NCBI GenBank assembly: GCA_963754135.1
Contig: CAVWEY010000002.1
Coordinates: 929,043 to 993,042, forward strand
Direction of reading: 5' to 3'
DNA length: 64,000 nt
Origin: an uncultured Planctomycetaceae bacterium
GTDB taxonomy: Bacteria > Planctomycetota > Planctomycetia > Pirellulales > Thermoguttaceae
A model generated the notes under the pieces. That model did no database searches, had not been told where the DNA came from, and saw only the letters and a list, made by a program, of their open reading frames with translations. Below, one piece after another: positions 61,593-64,000 of this stretch (position 1 is the stretch's first letter; the number at the start of each line of letters is the position of its first letter). The translations under genes were made by a program, and so were the position numbers.

Positions 61593-62636
61593 TCAGAACT
61601 GCCGTGGATCCAGGGGCAGGCCGTCATTGCGGTTGCCCAGCCGGCGGTAGACCTCGGCGTCGATCGAGTAGTTGATCGTGCCGACCGAGCCGTCGCAGAA
61701 CGACATGTTGAACGCATTGGCGTGGGCACTGCCGAACCACTGCACGTGATTGCCCTCGCCGATTGCCGACCTATCCTGCACGGGCAGGTTGTTTTCGGCG
61801 CTGTTGCCGACCGTGCCGATGATTCCCGTCCAACGGAGCAAGTCCAGGTCATCGCCGCAGTACATCGTTTCGTCGTCGCCCTGATCCTTGCCGTCGGTGT
61901 AGTGATCGAGGTTGATATACTTCTCGCCAATGAGAAATGTATTGCTGGCCCCGTCCGTGATGTCGGCCATCCTCACTTGGCTTCGTTGATAGGAGATTCC
62001 GGTCTGGTGCGACATGTCGGCGTAAATCCACGTGTTCGGATCGTCGCCGTTGGCCAGGTCAGTAGGCGAGACATCATCTGTTTGTCGATAATCTCCGGCA
62101 TTCATGGCATAGTCGCTGCGGGCAACCCAGTTGATGGGACCATTCGTCAATCTGAACTGGGTAAATTCATCGTACATGCAGTAAAACAGAACAGCCGGCC
62201 GGCGGCTGGGGCAGTTCAAGCCCATCAGCGGCGTGCCAAGCCGCTGTGCGTTGGCGTCCTCGATCGTCATGCCGCTGCCGTTCGCGCCCAAGTTGTGCAG
62301 GGGCTGCTGCTCAATAAAGGGGAGGACGTTGTAGATCCATCCGCCGGGCTGGAGTTTGCCGAACCCGCAATCCGGATCCCCGAGCCAGTCTTTGCTCCAG
62401 CCCCCGGTCGGAAAGAACGTGATTGCCGACTCATGGCTCAGAGTGGCCAGCGCCAACTGCTTGACGTTGTTGGCGCACTGCACTCGCCGGGCGGCCTCCC
62501 GCGCCGCTTGCACGGCCGGCAGCAACAGGGCAATCAAGACGCCGATGATCGTGATGACGACCAATAACTCCACCAAGCTGAAGCCGGCGGGTTCACGGTC
62601 ATCGGTCTCTGCCTTGCGGTCTATCTGCGGTGCCAT
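61593..62636 (-). CDS. DUF1559 / prepilin-type N-terminal cleavage-methylation domain protein (intact)
   Basis: MAPQ...[46 protein letters not shown] ... FGSAHANAFNMSFCDGSVGTINYSID. Confidence 0.7.
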   Translation of the reverse strand: MAPQIDRKAETDDREPAGFSLVELLVVITIIGVLIALLLPAVQAAREAARRVQCANNVKQLALATLSHESAITFFPTGGWSKDWLGDPDCGFGKLQPGGWIYNVLPFIEQQPLHNLGANGSGMTIEDANAQRLGTPLMGLNCPSRRPAVLFYCMYDEFTQFRLTNGPINWVARSDYAMNAGDYRQTDDVSPTDLANGDDPNTWIYADMSHQTGISYQRSQVRMADITDGASNTFLIGEKYINLDHYTDGKDQGDDETMYCGDDLDLLRWTGIIGTVGNSAENNLPVQDRSAIGEGNHVQWFGSAHANAFNMSFCDGSVGTINYSIDAEVYRRLGNRNDGLPLDPRQF

Positions 62637-62707
62637 TTCGCCTATCCTTCCCAGCGAAACGATGCCGGCAGTATAGAGAATCGTGCGGAACTGTGCAATC
62701 CGCCGGC

Positions 62708-64000
62708 TCACACAAAGATCCAATCCTCCGCCACATTGGAAAGGATACCCTGCGGGTTAGTGGTCTGCGCCGTGGCTGTACCGCCTTGCAGGCCGACTAG
62801 CTCAGAGGTCACGCTGAACACGCCGTCCGCACCCACAGTGGCCGTGAGGTTGTAACTTGCGAGCACTCCGCCGAAGGTGACGATGTCGCCTTGGACCGGA
62901 TCGCCGAAGTCGGAAACATTCCCGGTAAGGGTCCAGAATATCACCAATTTCGTCTATGCAAGAGAAATCGCTGATGGCCGGGGCCACGCTGACGTGGGTG
63001 GCCAGCGTGGCATCCACAATCAGGCCGACGCCGTCGGTGGCGCGAATCGTGATCACGCCGTCGCCGATGACCCCGTTGGCGAACGTCAGGCTCAGATTGC
63101 CCGAGTTGATCGCCACCGAATTGAACAGCGCGGGGTTGGTGTTCTGGACGACGGAAAAGACCAGGTCTTGGGGCGGGGTTTGGGCGTCGGCAAAGAAATC
63201 GGTCAGCGTCAAAACTTGGTCCACCGTGCCCACGGCGACGCTGACGTCCGGAATGCCGCTGGTCGTGGGGGCGTCATTGCTCATGCCGGGCGGGTTGCCG
63301 CTGGGCAGCACCGATCCGCCGTTGTTGGCGACGAGAGTTGTGTCCAGGCTGCCGATCTTCCCACCGCCGTTGACATCGTAGAAGATCGAGTATCCGGGAT
63401 CGCCGATCACCTGCCCGCCGGCGTTGGCGACCAGGACTGTGTCCAAGCTGCCGACGCCCCCGCTTTGGTTCACGTCGCCGGGGAGGACGTTGAAGCGGAA
63501 ATGAAAGTCCGTGCCGCCCTGGCCGTTGCCCGAGGGATAGGTGCTCTGACAATCGGTCCAAGCGCCGTCCAGGACCTCGCCGGTCGCCGCGCTTTTGACG
63601 GGCGCGAGTCCGTTGGCGTCGAGATCGAGGGCCAGCTTGTCGTCGCCGATCGGGGCGTTGAGCGTCCAGGTGGCGGTGTACGTGGTGGGGTCGTAGCTGA
63701 ACCCGCTGAAGGCATAGGCCGTCTTGTTGACGCCGCTGACCGAGAGATCGGCCGCAACGACAACCACGTTCTCGGTGAATGTAATGCGGATCGTGTCGAT
63801 GTTCGTCCAGGGGAGGGTCTGGAGTTGGGCTGAAGAACCGACCGGGATTGCGTATCCGCCGGCGCCCAGCCCCGAGGACTCCAGATAGGACACGAAACTT
63901 GGGGCCCAGTTGCTGCCCGCCACGTTCACGGCGGCGACTGCCGGGTGCGACAACATGCAACGGGGCTCGAGGGACTCCAGGCGAAGGCTCCGTCGCTTCA
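62708..64000 (-). CDS. large secreted repeat protein with dockerin-like D-x-N-x-G-x-I-G-S-L-D repeats (5' end beyond the window; frame change near 62.9 kb)
   Basis: ORF 62802..63956 has no start in the window (...DVNQSGGVGSLDTVLVANAGG ... DVNGGGKIGSLDTTLVANNGG). C-terminal continuation in ORF 62708..62947. Confidence 0.4.

Overview
High-GC (~65%) chromosomal segment that looks like Planctomycetota. The phylum guess rests on three DUF1559 prepilin-like proteins, a DUF1573 protein, a PEP-CTERM protein and many secreted or repeat proteins. The coding strand is the dominant open frame in most places, and long antisense ORFs are common GC artefacts.

Core housekeeping content: an ECF sigma factor whose stop overlaps the start of a FecR anti-sigma gene; hslVU; nadK; the xseB-ispA-dxs operon; guaA; surE; a glpD-like dehydrogenase; and a hopanoid cluster (shc, hpnH, a B12-binding radical-SAM gene).

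Accessory content:
- A tRNA-Ile(GAT) integration hotspot (about 11.4-25.5 kb). It holds one apparently complete 6.4-kb P4-like/PICI-like integrative element (integrase, AlpA-type HTH, TOPRIM/AAA primase-helicase with a 3' iteron cluster, arm-type repeats). Decayed remnants of earlier elements follow it: an integrase C-terminal fragment, two further tRNA 3'-end fragments, a five-gene cluster of unknown proteins, repeat-rich secreted proteins and an internally deleted ISL3 copy.
- Two further IS elements: an IS1380-family element and an ISKra4-like candidate.
- Several families of REP-like palindromes.
- Three families of short tandem heptamer/nonamer arrays. Some flank the four-helix-bundle cassette; others sit in frame inside genes (FecR anti-sigma, ispA, the shc 3' end, a DUF1559 leader).

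Caveats:
- About 17 genes, essential ones such as guaA and surE among them, are split between reading frames. This points to indel errors in the assembly rather than real pseudogenes, so every frameshift call below is provisional.
- My own base-by-base reading disagreed with the ORF track by one base in at least two places. Coordinates were therefore derived by arithmetic from the ORF track and may be off by a few nt.
- All family assignments come from motif recognition, not database searches.
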